From the NCBI GenBank assembly GCA_965248435.1, contig OZ252100.1, forward strand, positions 608,001 to 672,000: DNA of 64,000 nucleotides, in the 5' to 3' direction. Source of the DNA: Candidatus Latescibacterota bacterium (GTDB taxonomy: Bacteria > Latescibacterota > UBA2968 > GCA-2709665). The position numbers and the translations under genes are program-made. Positions 9,926 to 20,545 of the stretch are shown here, one piece after another. Under the pieces are notes generated by a model, which was given only the letters and a program-made list of their open reading frames with translations, was not told where the DNA came from and did no database searches. Each line of letters begins with the position of its first letter. Within the stretch, counting starts at the first letter, position 1.

Positions 9926-11128
9926 TTAGCGATCGATCTCACCCAGGACGATATCCAGACTCCCGATGATGGCCACGATGTCTGCAATCATGTGACCCCG
10001 GCTAATCTCGTTAAAGACGCTCATGGCCGTAAAACAGGGGGACTTCACCCGAACCCTGTATGGCACATTCGATCCGTCACTGATCAGATACACGCCGAGT
10101 TCGCCTCTCGGGTTCTCGGTTCTGAAATAACATTCGGCGTCCTTTGGGGGCCGCACGTTCTTGGGCACTGCCTGGAGTACGTCACCCTCGGGGAGTTGAT
10201 CCAGTGCGTCGCTCACGATCCTGGCGCTTTCCGTCATCTCTCGGATCCGAACCATGTATCGATCCCAACAGTCTCCTACCGTACCCATCTCCCCCTTCCC
10301 GATTGGGACTTCGAACTCAAACCGATCATATATCGAATAGGGGTCATCCCGCCGAAGGTCCCAATCGACTCCCGACCCGCGTAGGTTCGGACCGGTAATA
10401 TTGTAGCTGTATGCCTTATCCACCGGGAGCACACCCACGTTGGCCGTTCGTTCGACGAAAATCTTGTTGTAAGAAAGCAGGTCATTGTACTCCTGGATCT
10501 TCGAGTCGAATTTTCTCAGGAAGGCACGCGTACGCTCGATGAACCCCGGTGGCAGGTCGTGGGATACGCCGCCGACCCAAATATAATTGTATAGCATTCG
10601 GGCACCGCAGGTCATCTCGAACAGGTCAAAAATCTCTTCCCGCTCCCTGAACGCGAACAGAAACGGCGTGAACGCCCCGATGTCCATGCCGTAAGTGCCG
10701 AAAGAGACCAGATGACTGGCAATCCGATTCAGTTCGGCCATAATGACCCGAATGTACTCTACCCGCTCCGGTATCTTGAGGTCGAGTAGCTTTTCTACCG
10801 CAACCACATACCCCAGGTTGTTGTTCATCGAAGCGAGGTAATCCATCCGGTCCGTGAACGGAATCACCTGCTGATAGGGCAGATTCTCCGCGTGTTTCTC
10901 GAAACAGCGATGCAGGTATCCAATGTGCGGCCGCACCTCTTCTACGATCTCGCCATCCGTTTTGAGTTCCAGGCGCAGAACGCCGTGTGTGCTCGGATGC
11001 TGAGGCCCCATGTTGATCGTCATCATATCGCTCTTGAGTGAATCGTCCTCAAGCTCCACAACAGGAGGGAGCCCGGGGTGCTCGACTGTGATTTCGGCCC
11101 CTGGTAGACCTGGTTTGACTTCTGCCAT
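9926..11128 (-). CDS. nuoD: NADH-quinone oxidoreductase subunit D
   Basis: NMGPQHPSTHGVLRL, GYLHR and C-terminal DIVLGEIDR; ATG at 11128. Confidence 0.95.
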   Translation of the reverse strand: MAEVKPGLPGAEITVEHPGLPPVVELEDDSLKSDMMTINMGPQHPSTHGVLRLELKTDGEIVEEVRPHIGYLHRCFEKHAENLPYQQVIPFTDRMDYLASMNNNLGYVVAVEKLLDLKIPERVEYIRVIMAELNRIASHLVSFGTYGMDIGAFTPFLFAFREREEIFDLFEMTCGARMLYNYIWVGGVSHDLPPGFIERTRAFLRKFDSKIQEYNDLLSYNKIFVERTANVGVLPVDKAYSYNITGPNLRGSGVDWDLRRDDPYSIYDRFEFEVPIGKGEMGTVGDCWDRYMVRIREMTESARIVSDALDQLPEGDVLQAVPKNVRPPKDAECYFRTENPRGELGVYLISDGSNVPYRVRVKSPCFTAMSVFNEISRGHMIADIVAIIGSLDIVLGEIDR

Positions 11129-11129
11129 C

Positions 11130-11600
11130 CTACACCTCAACCTTGATGCCGCGGTAAAACTCCTGGACTTCGTAGTCCTTGCGCAATGGAAAGCCTTCCC
11201 AATCTTCTGGACACAGAATACGGCGGAGATCGCTGTGCCCATCGAACACGATTCCGTACATATCGTAGGTCTCTCGTTCGTGCCAGTTGGCCACGCGCCA
11301 GATGTGCTCCACTGTGGGCACGTGAGGATCCTCACGTCCAACATCGGCCTTCAGGACGATCTTGTGTCGATGAGCTGTCGAGAACAGGTGATAAACCACA
11401 GTAAGGTGATCCGGGAAATCGACTCCGCTCAGACACATCAGAGATTCAAACTTCAGGTCATCGGCGTCACTCATAAGCCGGGCGATGGCCGCGATGGCCT
11501 CCGCCTTCACGTGAATGGAGGGATCCAGACCGTCCACCAGGTCACCAACCTGGTCTCCGAACTCTCCCTTTAGCCGGTCCAGAATCTCTTGTGGCTCCAT
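11130..11600 (-). CDS. nuoC: NADH-quinone oxidoreductase subunit C
   Basis: ANWHERETYDMYGIVFDGH and WEGFPLRKDY. Confidence 0.95.
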   Translation of the reverse strand: MEPQEILDRLKGEFGDQVGDLVDGLDPSIHVKAEAIAAIARLMSDADDLKFESLMCLSGVDFPDHLTVVYHLFSTAHRHKIVLKADVGREDPHVPTVEHIWRVANWHERETYDMYGIVFDGHSDLRRILCPEDWEGFPLRKDYEVQEFYRGIKVEV

Positions 11601-11604
11601 ACCC

Positions 11605-12090
11605 TTACCCAACCTTCGCGATCGACTGGTGGCGGATCTTCTCCTGGAGTTTCAGGACCCCTTCCAGGAGCGACTCGGGACGCGGAGGACAACCTGGAAC
11701 GTAGACATCCACGGGGATGACCCGGTCCACACCTTTTAGCACGTGATATCCGTGCTGCCAGTAGGGCCCTCCAGAAGTGGCACAGCACCCCATAGAGATC
11801 ACATACCGGGGCTCGGCCATCTGGTCGAAGAGTTTCTTCACGCGCGTGGCCATCTTGAGCGTGACCGTACCGGCCACGATCATCAAATCTGACTGCCGGG
11901 GTGTTGCCCTTGGAATAAGCCCAAAGCGGTCCCAATCGTAGCGGGAAGCCCCCGTCGCCATCATCTCGATCGCGCAGCAGGCAAGCCCGAACGTCATCGG
12001 CCACAGGGAAGAAAGCCTGGCCCAGTTGATGAAGTAATCCAGCGACGTTACGATTACGTTGTCGTTAAAACGGCCTTCAACGACGCCCAA
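11605..12090 (-). CDS. nuoB: NADH-quinone oxidoreductase subunit B
   Basis: [16 protein letters not shown] and [10 protein letters not shown]; TTG start after AGGAGG. Confidence 0.95.
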   Translation of the reverse strand: MGVVEGRFNDNVIVTSLDYFINWARLSSLWPMTFGLACCAIEMMATGASRYDWDRFGLIPRATPRQSDLMIVAGTVTLKMATRVKKLFDQMAEPRYVISMGCCATSGGPYWQHGYHVLKGVDRVIPVDVYVPGCPPRPESLLEGVLKLQEKIRHQSIAKVG

Positions 12091-12191
12091 AGATAGTCAC
12101 CTCCTGAGGATTAAGGAACCTAAGGTTATTGCCGGAGTAATGGGGGGATTCAGGATCGTGGTGCCGATACCGCTGATGAGGGCTGGGCCAA

Positions 12192-12596
12192 TCACGCAGC
12201 CCGCTCCTCGCTCTGATCGGGAATCTGCGCAACCACCCACTCCAGTGCGCCCCTTTTCCAAGCGTAGGCCAGTCCCACGAGGAGGATCGCCACAAAGATC
12301 ATCATCTCCACAAAGGCAAACCACCCGTACTGCATCAGGTCTTTGACGACCACGGCCCAGGGGTAAAGGAAAACGATCTCCACGTCGAAGATAATAAAAA
12401 CGAGAGCGACCACGTAGAAACGGATGTTGAACTGGATCCAGGACCCGCCCACCGGCTCTTCACCACACTCATACGTACTCAGCTTTTCGGCCGAGGGGTT
12501 CTTTGGACGGATAAGGCTCCCTAAAAACAGGTTGAAGATGATGAAGAAAGTACCTATACCTAGAAAAATCAATACATTAGCATAATCGATCAGCAT
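12192..12596 (-). CDS. nuoA: NADH-quinone oxidoreductase subunit A
   Basis: [26 protein letters not shown] and GALEW. Confidence 0.95.
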   Translation of the reverse strand: MLIDYANVLIFLGIGTFFIIFNLFLGSLIRPKNPSAEKLSTYECGEEPVGGSWIQFNIRFYVVALVFIIFDVEIVFLYPWAVVVKDLMQYGWFAFVEMMIFVAILLVGLAYAWKRGALEWVVAQIPDQSEERAA

Positions 12597-12680
12597 TCTC
12601 GGGAATCCCTGCGCTAAGACGCGAAAGATGTGAACATCGGTAAAAACAAAAGGTTATGAAGATTTCCTGTTCGGAAATTT

Positions 12681-12710
12681 AAAATACCTAATAATACGTG
12701 CCCCTGTCAA
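12681..12710 (-). promoter_or_regulatory. Putative sigma70 promoter of the nuo operon
   Basis: Minus strand TTGACA-N18-TATTTT, about 85 nt upstream of nuoA. Confidence 0.5.
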
Positions 12711-12833
12711 GTGGAAAACGCTTTCTTGATGTTTTCCGTTTGGACCCCGGCCATCCCTCGGACCAGCAGGCTTATATCCAATCATAACATTGGGTTATGC
12801 TCAACATTAGTAAAGGATGACGCTTCGACTTTA

Positions 12834-12865
12834 AACTTGACAATAAAGTATAGTTAAGTTATGTT
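12834..12865 (+). promoter_or_regulatory. Putative sigma70 promoter of the suf operon, overlapped by a candidate Rrf2/IscR-type operator
   Basis: TTGACA(12837)-N17-TATGTT(12860); imperfect palindrome AACTTGAC-N11-GTTAAGTT at 12834-12860. Confidence 0.6.
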
Positions 12866-12954
12866 TGGAGCTTGGAGGAGGGGCTTATTCACACGCTAAA
12901 CGTAAGAAAAGTTCCGCTTCTTCGCCACACATACTTTGCAGAAAGGGCCACTTG

Positions 12955-14421
12955 ATGAGCGGCGAAGTGAAACAACTGGAAGAACTCGCGGAGAGCGACT
13001 ACAAATACGGGTTCGTAACCAATATCGAGCAAGATTCGGCGCCGCCTGGGCTGAACGAAGACACCATCCGATTCATCTCCGCAAAGAAGAATGAGCCGGA
13101 ATGGCTCGTGGAATGGCGCCTTAAGGCCTATCACCACTGGCTCAAGATGGACGATCCGACGCGACGGCCCAAGAGCCGGCAGTGGGCCAGGGTCACCTAT
13201 CCCGACATCGACTATCAGGACATCATCTACTATTCCGCACCGAAAAAGGGGGGTGGACCGAGCAGCCTGGACGAGGTGGACCCGGAGCTCCTCTTGACTT
13301 ACGAGAAGCTGGGCATCCCACTCGAAGAACAGAAAATGCTGTCCGGCGTTGCGGTAGACGCCGTCTTCGACTCCGTTTCCGTGGCCACAACGTTCCAGGG
13401 AAAACTGGCCGAGGAGGGCATCATCTTCGGTCCCTTCTCCGAAGCCGTCCAGGAACATCCCGACCTTGTGCGGAAATACCTCGGGTCCGTGGTTCCCTAC
13501 AACGACAACTTTTTCGCTGCATTGAACTCCGCGGTGTTCACCGACGGTTCATTCTGCTACATCCCCAAAGGGGTGCGTTGCCCGATGGAGCTTTCCACCT
13601 ATTTTCGGATCAACGCATCCAAGACGGGCCAGTTCGAGCGGACCCTCATCATCGCCGACGAAGGCAGCTACGTCAGCTACCTCGAGGGATGTACCGCGCC
13701 GATGCGGGACGAAAACCAGCTCCACGCCGCCGTCGTCGAGCTGGTGACCCACGACGACGCGCAGATAAAGTATTCCACCATCCAGAACTGGTATCCCGGC
13801 AATGCAGAGGGTAAGGGTGGTATCTATAACTTCGTGACCAAGCGAGGCGCGTGCCGGGGTGCAAACTCCAAGATCTCCTGGACACAGGTCGAAACCGGCT
13901 CGGCCATCACCTGGAAGTATCCCAGCTGTATCCTTCAAGGCGATAACTCTGTCGGCGAATTTTATTCGATAGCCGTAACCACCGGGCATCAACAGGCCGA
14001 CACCGGGACCAAGATGATCCACATCGGCAAGAACACCAGAAGCACGGTCATATCGAAGGGGATTTCCGGCATCTACGGCCAGAATACCTACCGGGGCGGC
14101 GTAAAAGTCCTCAAGGGCGCAGACCGGGCAAGGAACTTTACACAGTGTGACTCGCTGCTCATCGGCGATCGCTGCGGAGCGCACACCTTCCCTTACATCG
14201 AGGTCAAGAATCCGACGGCGCAGGTGGAGCACGAGGCCTCCACATCCAAGATCGGCGAGGATCAGATCTTCTACTGTAACCAGCGAGGAATCCCGACCGA
14301 AGACGCCGTTTCTATGATCGTCAACGGCTTCTGCAAGGAGGTCCTTGCAGAGCTGCCCATGGAGTTCGCGGTCGAAGCCCAGAAACTGCTCGGCATCAGT
14401 CTCGAGGGCAGCGTCGGCTAA
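12955..14421 (+). CDS. sufB: Fe-S cluster assembly protein SufB
   Basis: [24 protein letters not shown] and C-terminal LEGSVG. Confidence 0.97.
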   Translation: MSGEVKQLEELAESDYKYGFVTNIEQDSAPPGLNEDTIRFISAKKNEPEWLVEWRLKAYHHWLKMDDPTRRPKSRQWARVTYPDIDYQDIIYYSAPKKGGGPSSLDEVDPELLLTYEKLGIPLEEQKMLSGVAVDAVFDSVSVATTFQGKLAEEGIIFGPFSEAVQEHPDLVRKYLGSVVPYNDNFFAALNSAVFTDGSFCYIPKGVRCPMELSTYFRINASKTGQFERTLIIADEGSYVSYLEGCTAPMRDENQLHAAVVELVTHDDAQIKYSTIQNWYPGNAEGKGGIYNFVTKRGACRGANSKISWTQVETGSAITWKYPSCILQGDNSVGEFYSIAVTTGHQQADTGTKMIHIGKNTRSTVISKGISGIYGQNTYRGGVKVLKGADRARNFTQCDSLLIGDRCGAHTFPYIEVKNPTAQVEHEASTSKIGEDQIFYCNQRGIPTEDAVSMIVNGFCKEVLAELPMEFAVEAQKLLGISLEGSVG

Positions 14422-14438
14422 AACGAGTGGAGGAACGG

Positions 14439-15212
14439 ATGCTCGAAGTCAAGAATCTGCACGCAAGCGTCGAGGGCAATGAGATCCTTCGCGGCGTTAA
14501 CCTCAGCGTCGGCCGAGGCGAAATCCACGCGATTATGGGCCCGAACGGGTCAGGCAAGTCTACCCTGGCGCAGGTCCTGGCAGGACACGAGGCGTATGAA
14601 GTCACTGAAGGCGAGGTCATCTATCAGGGCGAAAACCTGCTGGAGCTTAACGCCGACGAGCGAGCACGGAAGGGGATCTTCATGGCCTTCCAGTACCCCG
14701 TGGAGATCCCGGGCGTCAACAGCGCCTATTTCCTCAAGGCGGCCCTGAACGAGGTCCGAAAAGCGCGGGGTGAGGAGGAACTGGATGCCCTCGATTTCCT
14801 GTCGCTGTCCAGGGAAAGGCTCAAACTGGTCGACATGGACGAAAGCCTTCTTAAGCGCTCCCTCAACGAGGGTTTTTCTGGGGGTGAAAAGAAGCGCAAC
14901 GAGATCTTTCAGATGGCGGTCCTGGAGCCCAAACTTGCGATTATGGACGAAACCGACTCCGGACTCGACATCGATGCGCTCAAGATCGTCGCGAACGGGG
15001 TGAACACCCTTCACGCACAGCAACCCAAAAGTTCGGTCGTCGTGGTGACCCACTATCAGAGACTGCTCGACTACATCGTTCCCGACCAGGTTCACGTCTT
15101 ACTCAACGGCCGAATCGTCAGATCGGGCGGGAAGGACCTGGCTCTGCAGCTGGAGGAAAAAGGTTACGATTGGATTCGGGAAGCGCACGAGGCAGAAGCC
15201 GTCACCGTATAG
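14439..15212 (+). CDS. sufC: Fe-S cluster assembly ATPase SufC
   Basis: [19 protein letters not shown] and [12 protein letters not shown]. Confidence 0.97.
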   Translation: MLEVKNLHASVEGNEILRGVNLSVGRGEIHAIMGPNGSGKSTLAQVLAGHEAYEVTEGEVIYQGENLLELNADERARKGIFMAFQYPVEIPGVNSAYFLKAALNEVRKARGEEELDALDFLSLSRERLKLVDMDESLLKRSLNEGFSGGEKKRNEIFQMAVLEPKLAIMDETDSGLDIDALKIVANGVNTLHAQQPKSSVVVVTHYQRLLDYIVPDQVHVLLNGRIVRSGGKDLALQLEEKGYDWIREAHEAEAVTV

Positions 15213-15227
15213 GGGAACAGCCTAACC

Positions 15228-16568
15228 ATGGCACAGCCCGCACCGGACGCAAAGGATGCCTACCTTTCTGCCTACAGGGAATTCGAGAAGGGTCTGAACG
15301 GAGCCAGCCGCTCGCCCATCGACAGACTGCGCAGGCAGGCTGTCGATCGGTTTGAAAGCCTCGAATTTCCGACGACGGCGGATGAGGCTTGGCGATACAC
15401 GAACGTGGCTCCGATTGTAAGCACCTCGTTCAAGCAGGTGATGAGCGGCACTCCGCCTCGGCTGTCTGCGAAGCAGATCAAGCCCTTCACGTTCAACGGG
15501 ACCCAATTGGTCTTCGTGAACGGCCAGTACGCTCCGGAGCTTTCTTCGCTCGAAAATCTGCCCCGTGGAGCCAAGGCTGTTTGCCTAAAGGCGGCTATCG
15601 ACTCCGACGATGACCTCCTGTCAAGGCACCTCGGTCAACACGCGGACTATGAAGCGCAGCCCTTTACCGCGCTCAACACTGCATTCGTCCACGACGGGGC
15701 GCTTATCCATGTTCCAGGCAACACGGTCGTCGAAGCACCGATCAACGTCCTCTTTGTTTCGACCGCGAACGGACAACCGACCGTCTCCCACCCGCGCTGC
15801 CTCGTTCTTGCCGAATCCCACAGCCAGGTTTCGATCGTCGAAACCTACGCGGGACTTGGGACAACCCCCTACTTCACGAATGCGGTTACCGAGATCGTAG
15901 CGGGTGAAAACGCGGTTGTCGACCACTATAAGCTCGTCCTGGAAGGCGACGAGGCCTTCCACGTCGCCACAACACAAACCTGCCAGGAGCACGCCGCCAA
16001 CGTCTCCACTCACACGATCTCCCTGGGGGGACGTCTCGTCCGCAACGACGTTAACGCCCGCCTGTCCGGCGAGGGAGGCGAGGCCACAGTGAATGGTTTC
16101 TACCTGCTCGACGGGGCGCAGCACGTGGATAATCACACGTTGATCGAGCACGTCGAACCTCACTGCACCAGCCACGAGCTCTTCAAGGGCATCCTGGACG
16201 GAAAATCCAAAGGGGTTTTTCGCGGAAAGATTTTCGTCCATCAGAAGGCACAAAAGACAGACGCCTACCAGACCAACCAGAACCTGCTCCTCTCCGGGGA
16301 TGCCGGAGTCACCGCCAAGCCGCAGCTCGAAATCTACGCAGACGACGTCAAGTGTTCTCACGGGGCCACGATCGGCCAGATGGATGAAAATGCCATCTTC
16401 TATCTCAGGTCTCGAGGTCTCGGCCCGGAAGCTGCCCGACAGATCCTGATCCAGGCATTTGCGGACGAAATACTCGACAGGATTCGTGTGGCTCCGGTCA
16501 GGGCGCGTCTAGGCGGTTGGGTCAGAGAAAAATTCGAACGCCTCCCGGGGCTGAGAAAGAAGCAGTGA
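15228..16568 (+). CDS. sufD: Fe-S cluster assembly protein SufD
   Basis: EAWRYT and PQLEIYADDVKCSHGAT. Confidence 0.95.
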   Translation: MAQPAPDAKDAYLSAYREFEKGLNGASRSPIDRLRRQAVDRFESLEFPTTADEAWRYTNVAPIVSTSFKQVMSGTPPRLSAKQIKPFTFNGTQLVFVNGQYAPELSSLENLPRGAKAVCLKAAIDSDDDLLSRHLGQHADYEAQPFTALNTAFVHDGALIHVPGNTVVEAPINVLFVSTANGQPTVSHPRCLVLAESHSQVSIVETYAGLGTTPYFTNAVTEIVAGENAVVDHYKLVLEGDEAFHVATTQTCQEHAANVSTHTISLGGRLVRNDVNARLSGEGGEATVNGFYLLDGAQHVDNHTLIEHVEPHCTSHELFKGILDGKSKGVFRGKIFVHQKAQKTDAYQTNQNLLLSGDAGVTAKPQLEIYADDVKCSHGATIGQMDENAIFYLRSRGLGPEAARQILIQAFADEILDRIRVAPVRARLGGWVREKFERLPGLRKKQ

Positions 16569-16572
16569 TGCG

Positions 16573-17850
16573 ATGAGCCTACCTTCCTACATCCTTACTG
16601 AAGATCCTTCCTGTCCGCTCGTCGAAAGGGCGGGGCCGTTCGACCCGGAAGCAGTCCGTTCTGATTTTCCAGTCCTGAAGCAGATCGTGAACGGCAAACC
16701 GCTCGTCTACCTGGACAATGCGGCGACGGCCCAGAAGCCGCGTCTCGTCATCGATGCACTCCAAAGCTACTACTCGTCTGAAAACGCCAACGTCCATCGG
16801 GGGGTTCACCACCTGAGCCAGGTCGCGACCGATTCCTACGAAGGCGCGCGACACAAAGTTCGACAGTTCCTGAATGCCGCACACGACAAAGAAATCGTCT
16901 TCGTGCGGGGAACGACCGAAGGAATCAATCTCGTGGCACAGACCTTCGGCAGGCAGAACGTGGGGCGGGGGGATGAAATCCTCATCTCCGAAATGGAGCA
17001 CCATTCCAACATCGTTCCCTGGCAGATTCTCTGTGAAGAAAATGGGGCGACCCTGCGCGTCATTCCCATTAATGATCGTGGGGAATTGCTGATGGAGGAG
17101 TACGAGAAGCTGCTCACCCCACGGACGAAGCTCGTTTCGGTCGCACACGTTTCAAATGTCCTCGGCACCCTCAATCCCGTTTACGACATCGTGAACCTCG
17201 CCCATGAGTGCGGTATCCCAGTGCTCTTTGACGGCGCGCAGGCCGTTCCCCATCTGGAGGTGGACGTCCAGGACCTGGATTGCGATTTCTACGTCTTCTC
17301 GAGCCACAAACTTTACGGCCCTACGGGAATCGGCGTACTCTATGGAAAGGCCGAACACCTTGAGGCCATGCCCCCCTATCAAGGTGGGGGAAGCATGATT
17401 CGATCTGTTACGTTCGAAAAAACAACCTATGCCGACCCCCCTAACAAGTTCGAGGCCGGCACGCCTCCAATCTCGGGCGGAATCGGGCTTGGGGCGGCCA
17501 TCGATTACCTGGCACAGATCGGTTTGGACCACGCCGCAGCCCATGAAGCGGACCTCCTGTCCTACGCCACGCAGGTCCTCTCAGAGATACCGGGCCTCAG
17601 ACTCATCGGTACGGCACGGGAAAAAGTGAGCGTGCTTTCGTTCGTACTCGAGGGAGTGCACCCCCACGATATCGGGACTATTCTTGATCAGCAAGGCGTC
17701 GCTGTCCGTGCCGGTCATCACTGCGCGCAGCCTTTGATGCGGCGCTACGGGATTGACGCGACAACCCGCGCAGCCATCGCGTGCTACAACACCAAAAGTG
17801 ACATCGATGCCATGGTCCGCGGTCTCTACAAAGTGCTGGAGATATTCTGA
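16573..17850 (+). CDS. sufS: Cysteine desulfurase SufS
   Basis: YLDNAATAQKP, SSHKLYGPTG and RAGHHCAQP. Confidence 0.95.
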   Translation: MSLPSYILTEDPSCPLVERAGPFDPEAVRSDFPVLKQIVNGKPLVYLDNAATAQKPRLVIDALQSYYSSENANVHRGVHHLSQVATDSYEGARHKVRQFLNAAHDKEIVFVRGTTEGINLVAQTFGRQNVGRGDEILISEMEHHSNIVPWQILCEENGATLRVIPINDRGELLMEEYEKLLTPRTKLVSVAHVSNVLGTLNPVYDIVNLAHECGIPVLFDGAQAVPHLEVDVQDLDCDFYVFSSHKLYGPTGIGVLYGKAEHLEAMPPYQGGGSMIRSVTFEKTTYADPPNKFEAGTPPISGGIGLGAAIDYLAQIGLDHAAAHEADLLSYATQVLSEIPGLRLIGTAREKVSVLSFVLEGVHPHDIGTILDQQGVAVRAGHHCAQPLMRRYGIDATTRAAIACYNTKSDIDAMVRGLYKVLEIF

Positions 17851-17851
17851 C

Positions 17852-18298
17852 ATGCTAGACTTGCGTGAGCTCTACCAACAGGTGATCCTGGATCACAACA
17901 AGAGCCCTCGCAACTTTAGAGAGCTTGTGGATGCCAATCGGTCGGCGGAGGGGTATAACCCCCTCTGTGGCGACAAATTTAGCGTCTATTTAAAGCTTGG
18001 AGATGGCCGGATCGACGATATTACGTTTCAAGGCTCGGGCTGTGCGATCTCGAAGGCCTCCGCCTCGATGATGACTTCCCTCTTAAAGGGACAGAGCGTG
18101 GAGGAAGCCGAAGCGCTCTTCGGAAAATTTCACGACCTGGTGGCGGGGGATACCTCCCCCGACCTCGAGGAGGTAGGCAAGCTTGCCGTGTTTGCAGGTG
18201 TGAAAGAATTCCCGACTCGCATCAAATGTGCAACCCTGGCGTGGCACACGCTGAAAGCAGCGCTCCGGGGAAAAGGGGATCACGTCACGACTGAATAG
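17852..18298 (+). CDS. sufU: SUF-system NifU-like sulfur transfer protein SufU
   Basis: LYQQVILDH, NPLCGD, GCAISKASAS and RIKCATL. Confidence 0.92.
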   Translation: MLDLRELYQQVILDHNKSPRNFRELVDANRSAEGYNPLCGDKFSVYLKLGDGRIDDITFQGSGCAISKASASMMTSLLKGQSVEEAEALFGKFHDLVAGDTSPDLEEVGKLAVFAGVKEFPTRIKCATLAWHTLKAALRGKGDHVTTE

Positions 18299-18316
18299 AA
18301 ATAGGAGGCAATCCTG

Positions 18317-18856
18317 GTGCTTAGAAGATTCCTAAATCGAGCCTTTCAGAGTACGATGAACCGACTATTCAATCTTCCGGCCGAGGCTCCGAAGCAGACC
18401 GAAACACCTCAAGCGGCGGATCCGAAAACGAAAGAGGAAGAGACGAGTCCGGTTAACGTCCAGGCCCTGACCTCCTACGGGGACCAGAAGTCGGAGGAGG
18501 TTGTAGAGCGCACGGCACAGCTAGAAGCCTCAGCTGAGCCGGGCGTGGACGCCACCGACGTGGAAAAGAAGATTGTGGAGATTATTGGCACGGTCTACGA
18601 CCCCGAGATTCCAGTAAACATCTATGAACTCGGACTGATCTACGAAACCCGTATCGAGCCATCTGGAATGGCGCACGTCAAGATGACCCTTACCTCTCCG
18701 AACTGCCCGGCCGCGGCCACACTCCCCGCGGAGGTAGAGAGCAAGGTTCGCAGCGTTCCTGGCGTCAGAGATGTCGTTCTGGACCTGGTCTTCGATCCAC
18801 CCTGGAATCCCGATATGATGTCCGAGGCCGCGAAACTCGAACTTGGCATGCTGTAA
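18317..18856 (+). CDS. sufT: SufT/DUF59 Fe-S maturation protein with an N-terminal extension
   Basis: DPEIPVNIYELGLIY, MTLTSPNCP and FDPPW. Confidence 0.88.
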   Translation: MLRRFLNRAFQSTMNRLFNLPAEAPKQTETPQAADPKTKEEETSPVNVQALTSYGDQKSEEVVERTAQLEASAEPGVDATDVEKKIVEIIGTVYDPEIPVNIYELGLIYETRIEPSGMAHVKMTLTSPNCPAAATLPAEVESKVRSVPGVRDVVLDLVFDPPWNPDMMSEAAKLELGML

Positions 18857-18889
18857 CAACCCGATTTTGGCACAGAACGGGGGCGGGAA

Positions 18890-19375
18890 ATGAAGCTGAG
18901 TGCTCAGGAAGAATACGGACTGCGGTGCCTCATTCAGATTGGTCGGAACGAACTCGAGGTCGGTGGTGACCTCACGATTGCGGAAATCAGCCAGGCGGAG
19001 GGGCTTTCCATCCCGAACGTGGCGAAGCTGATGCGCATCTTACGGCTAGGAGGCTTCGTGGATAGCGCCAGGGGCCAGGCCGGTGGCTACAGGCTTTCAA
19101 GACCCGCCGATCAGATCGTCGTGGGTGACGTCCTTGCGGTTCTGGGAGGACGTCTCTTTGGCCCGAACTTCTGCGATGAGCACACCGGAGTCGCCGAGCT
19201 CTGCACGCATTCTGTAGACTGCTCCGTCCGCTCGCTTTGGAACGCCGTGCAGTCCGTAATCGACCAAATGCTCGGCCGCGTTACACTCAAAGATCTGCTG
19301 GTTCGCGAGGAAGATGAACTGAGCGGATGCTTTCGGGATATGGCCGACGATGTTCTCCGGGTCGTTCCCAATTGA
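18890..19375 (+). CDS. Rrf2-family transcriptional regulator (three Cys, Fe-S type)
   Basis: EEYGLRCL, SARGQAGGYRL and C-x9-C-x5-C. Confidence 0.9.
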   Translation: MKLSAQEEYGLRCLIQIGRNELEVGGDLTIAEISQAEGLSIPNVAKLMRILRLGGFVDSARGQAGGYRLSRPADQIVVGDVLAVLGGRLFGPNFCDEHTGVAELCTHSVDCSVRSLWNAVQSVIDQMLGRVTLKDLLVREEDELSGCFRDMADDVLRVVPN

Positions 19376-19436
19376 CGCACTGCCTGATTCTTCGTATCAT
19401 ACTTACACTGCGATGATTCGATAACTGGAGATCGAA

Positions 19437-19958
19437 ATGGGCTTGGAGACGAACCTAGGCGAGAACGTAATTACCACCACGCTGGACAAGATGATCAATT
19501 GGGCTCGGAAGAGCTCGCTCTGGCCGATGCCCTTCGGCACAGCGTGCTGTGCCATCGAAATGATGGCTACGCTTTCTGGACGCTTCGACATGGCGCGTTT
19601 CGGGGCCGAGGCTGTCCGCTTCTCGCCGAGACAGTCGGATCTTCTGATCGTGTCAGGCCGAGTCTGTATCAAAATGATGCCTGTGCTGAAAAAGATCTAC
19701 GACCAGATGCCCGATCCAAAGTGGGTGATTTCGATGGGGGCCTGCGCCTCTTCCGGGGGGGTCTTCAACACATATACGATGGTTCAGGGTGTGGATCAAT
19801 TTCTTCCCGTCGATGTCTACGTCCCGGGTTGCCCACCTCGGCCGGAAGATCTGCTGTACGCGCTGATGAAAATTCAAGATAAGATAGACCGAGAACATCC
19901 AACTAAAAGTGTCGAACAGGGCAGTCAGGGCAAAGCTGCCTTACACGCCGGAGGATAA
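19437..19958 (+). CDS. nuoB: Orphan second NuoB-family [4Fe-4S] subunit
   Basis: [25 protein letters not shown] and GCPPRPE. Confidence 0.9.
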   Translation: MGLETNLGENVITTTLDKMINWARKSSLWPMPFGTACCAIEMMATLSGRFDMARFGAEAVRFSPRQSDLLIVSGRVCIKMMPVLKKIYDQMPDPKWVISMGACASSGGVFNTYTMVQGVDQFLPVDVYVPGCPPRPEDLLYALMKIQDKIDREHPTKSVEQGSQGKAALHAGG

Positions 19959-19960
19959 CA

Positions 19961-20542
19961 ATGGTAACCGTTACCGAGGTTGCACAGAAAGAAGTCGTCA
20001 GGCTCATGGAAGACCAGGAGGCCAAGTTGAACGGTGTCAGGGTGAAGGCCGAGGCCACGTCTCCGCTCCAGGCGAACTACCGGCTGTCTTTCCTCGGTGA
20101 GGGCCAGGAAACCCCCGAGGACGAGGTCATCCCGTTCGAGGGCTTCAATGTTTACATCGATTCAGAAAGCTCACCCTTCTGTCAGGACATCACGCTCGAC
20201 TTCGTGGACGGCTTGACCGGAAAGGGTTTCAAAATTGACAACCCGAACCGGGTGCCACCCCACTTGAAGGGCACGGCGGCCGAAAAGGTTCAGCAGATCA
20301 TCGACGACAAAATTAATCCAAGCGTGGCCTCCCACGGAGGGTTCGTGTCTTTGATAGACGTGAAGGACAACGTGGCTTATGTCCAGTTCGGAGGGGGCTG
20401 CCAGGGGTGTGGTATGGTCGACGTCACCCTCAAGCAAGGGGTTGAAGTCCTGATCAAAGAGGCCATACCGGAGATAGAGCAAATCATGGACATCACCGAC
20501 CACGCAGACGGAACAAATCCCTATTACCAGCCTTCGAAGTAA
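19961..20542 (+). CDS. nfuA: NfuA-like Fe-S carrier (degenerate A-type domain plus NifU C-terminal domain)
   Basis: GFKIDNPN, INPSVASHGG, GGGCQGC and DHADGTNPYY. Confidence 0.85.
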   Translation: MVTVTEVAQKEVVRLMEDQEAKLNGVRVKAEATSPLQANYRLSFLGEGQETPEDEVIPFEGFNVYIDSESSPFCQDITLDFVDGLTGKGFKIDNPNRVPPHLKGTAAEKVQQIIDDKINPSVASHGGFVSLIDVKDNVAYVQFGGGCQGCGMVDVTLKQGVEVLIKEAIPEIEQIMDITDHADGTNPYYQPSK

Positions 20543-20545
20543 GGG

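Noticed and set aside
11129-11344. Long N-terminal extension of NuoD in the ORF track
   Set aside because: Out-of-frame overlap with nuoC; ATG at 11128 directly follows the nuoC stop. Over-long starts were trimmed the same way for nuoN, sufB, sufU, murQ, cvpA and the first epimerase.
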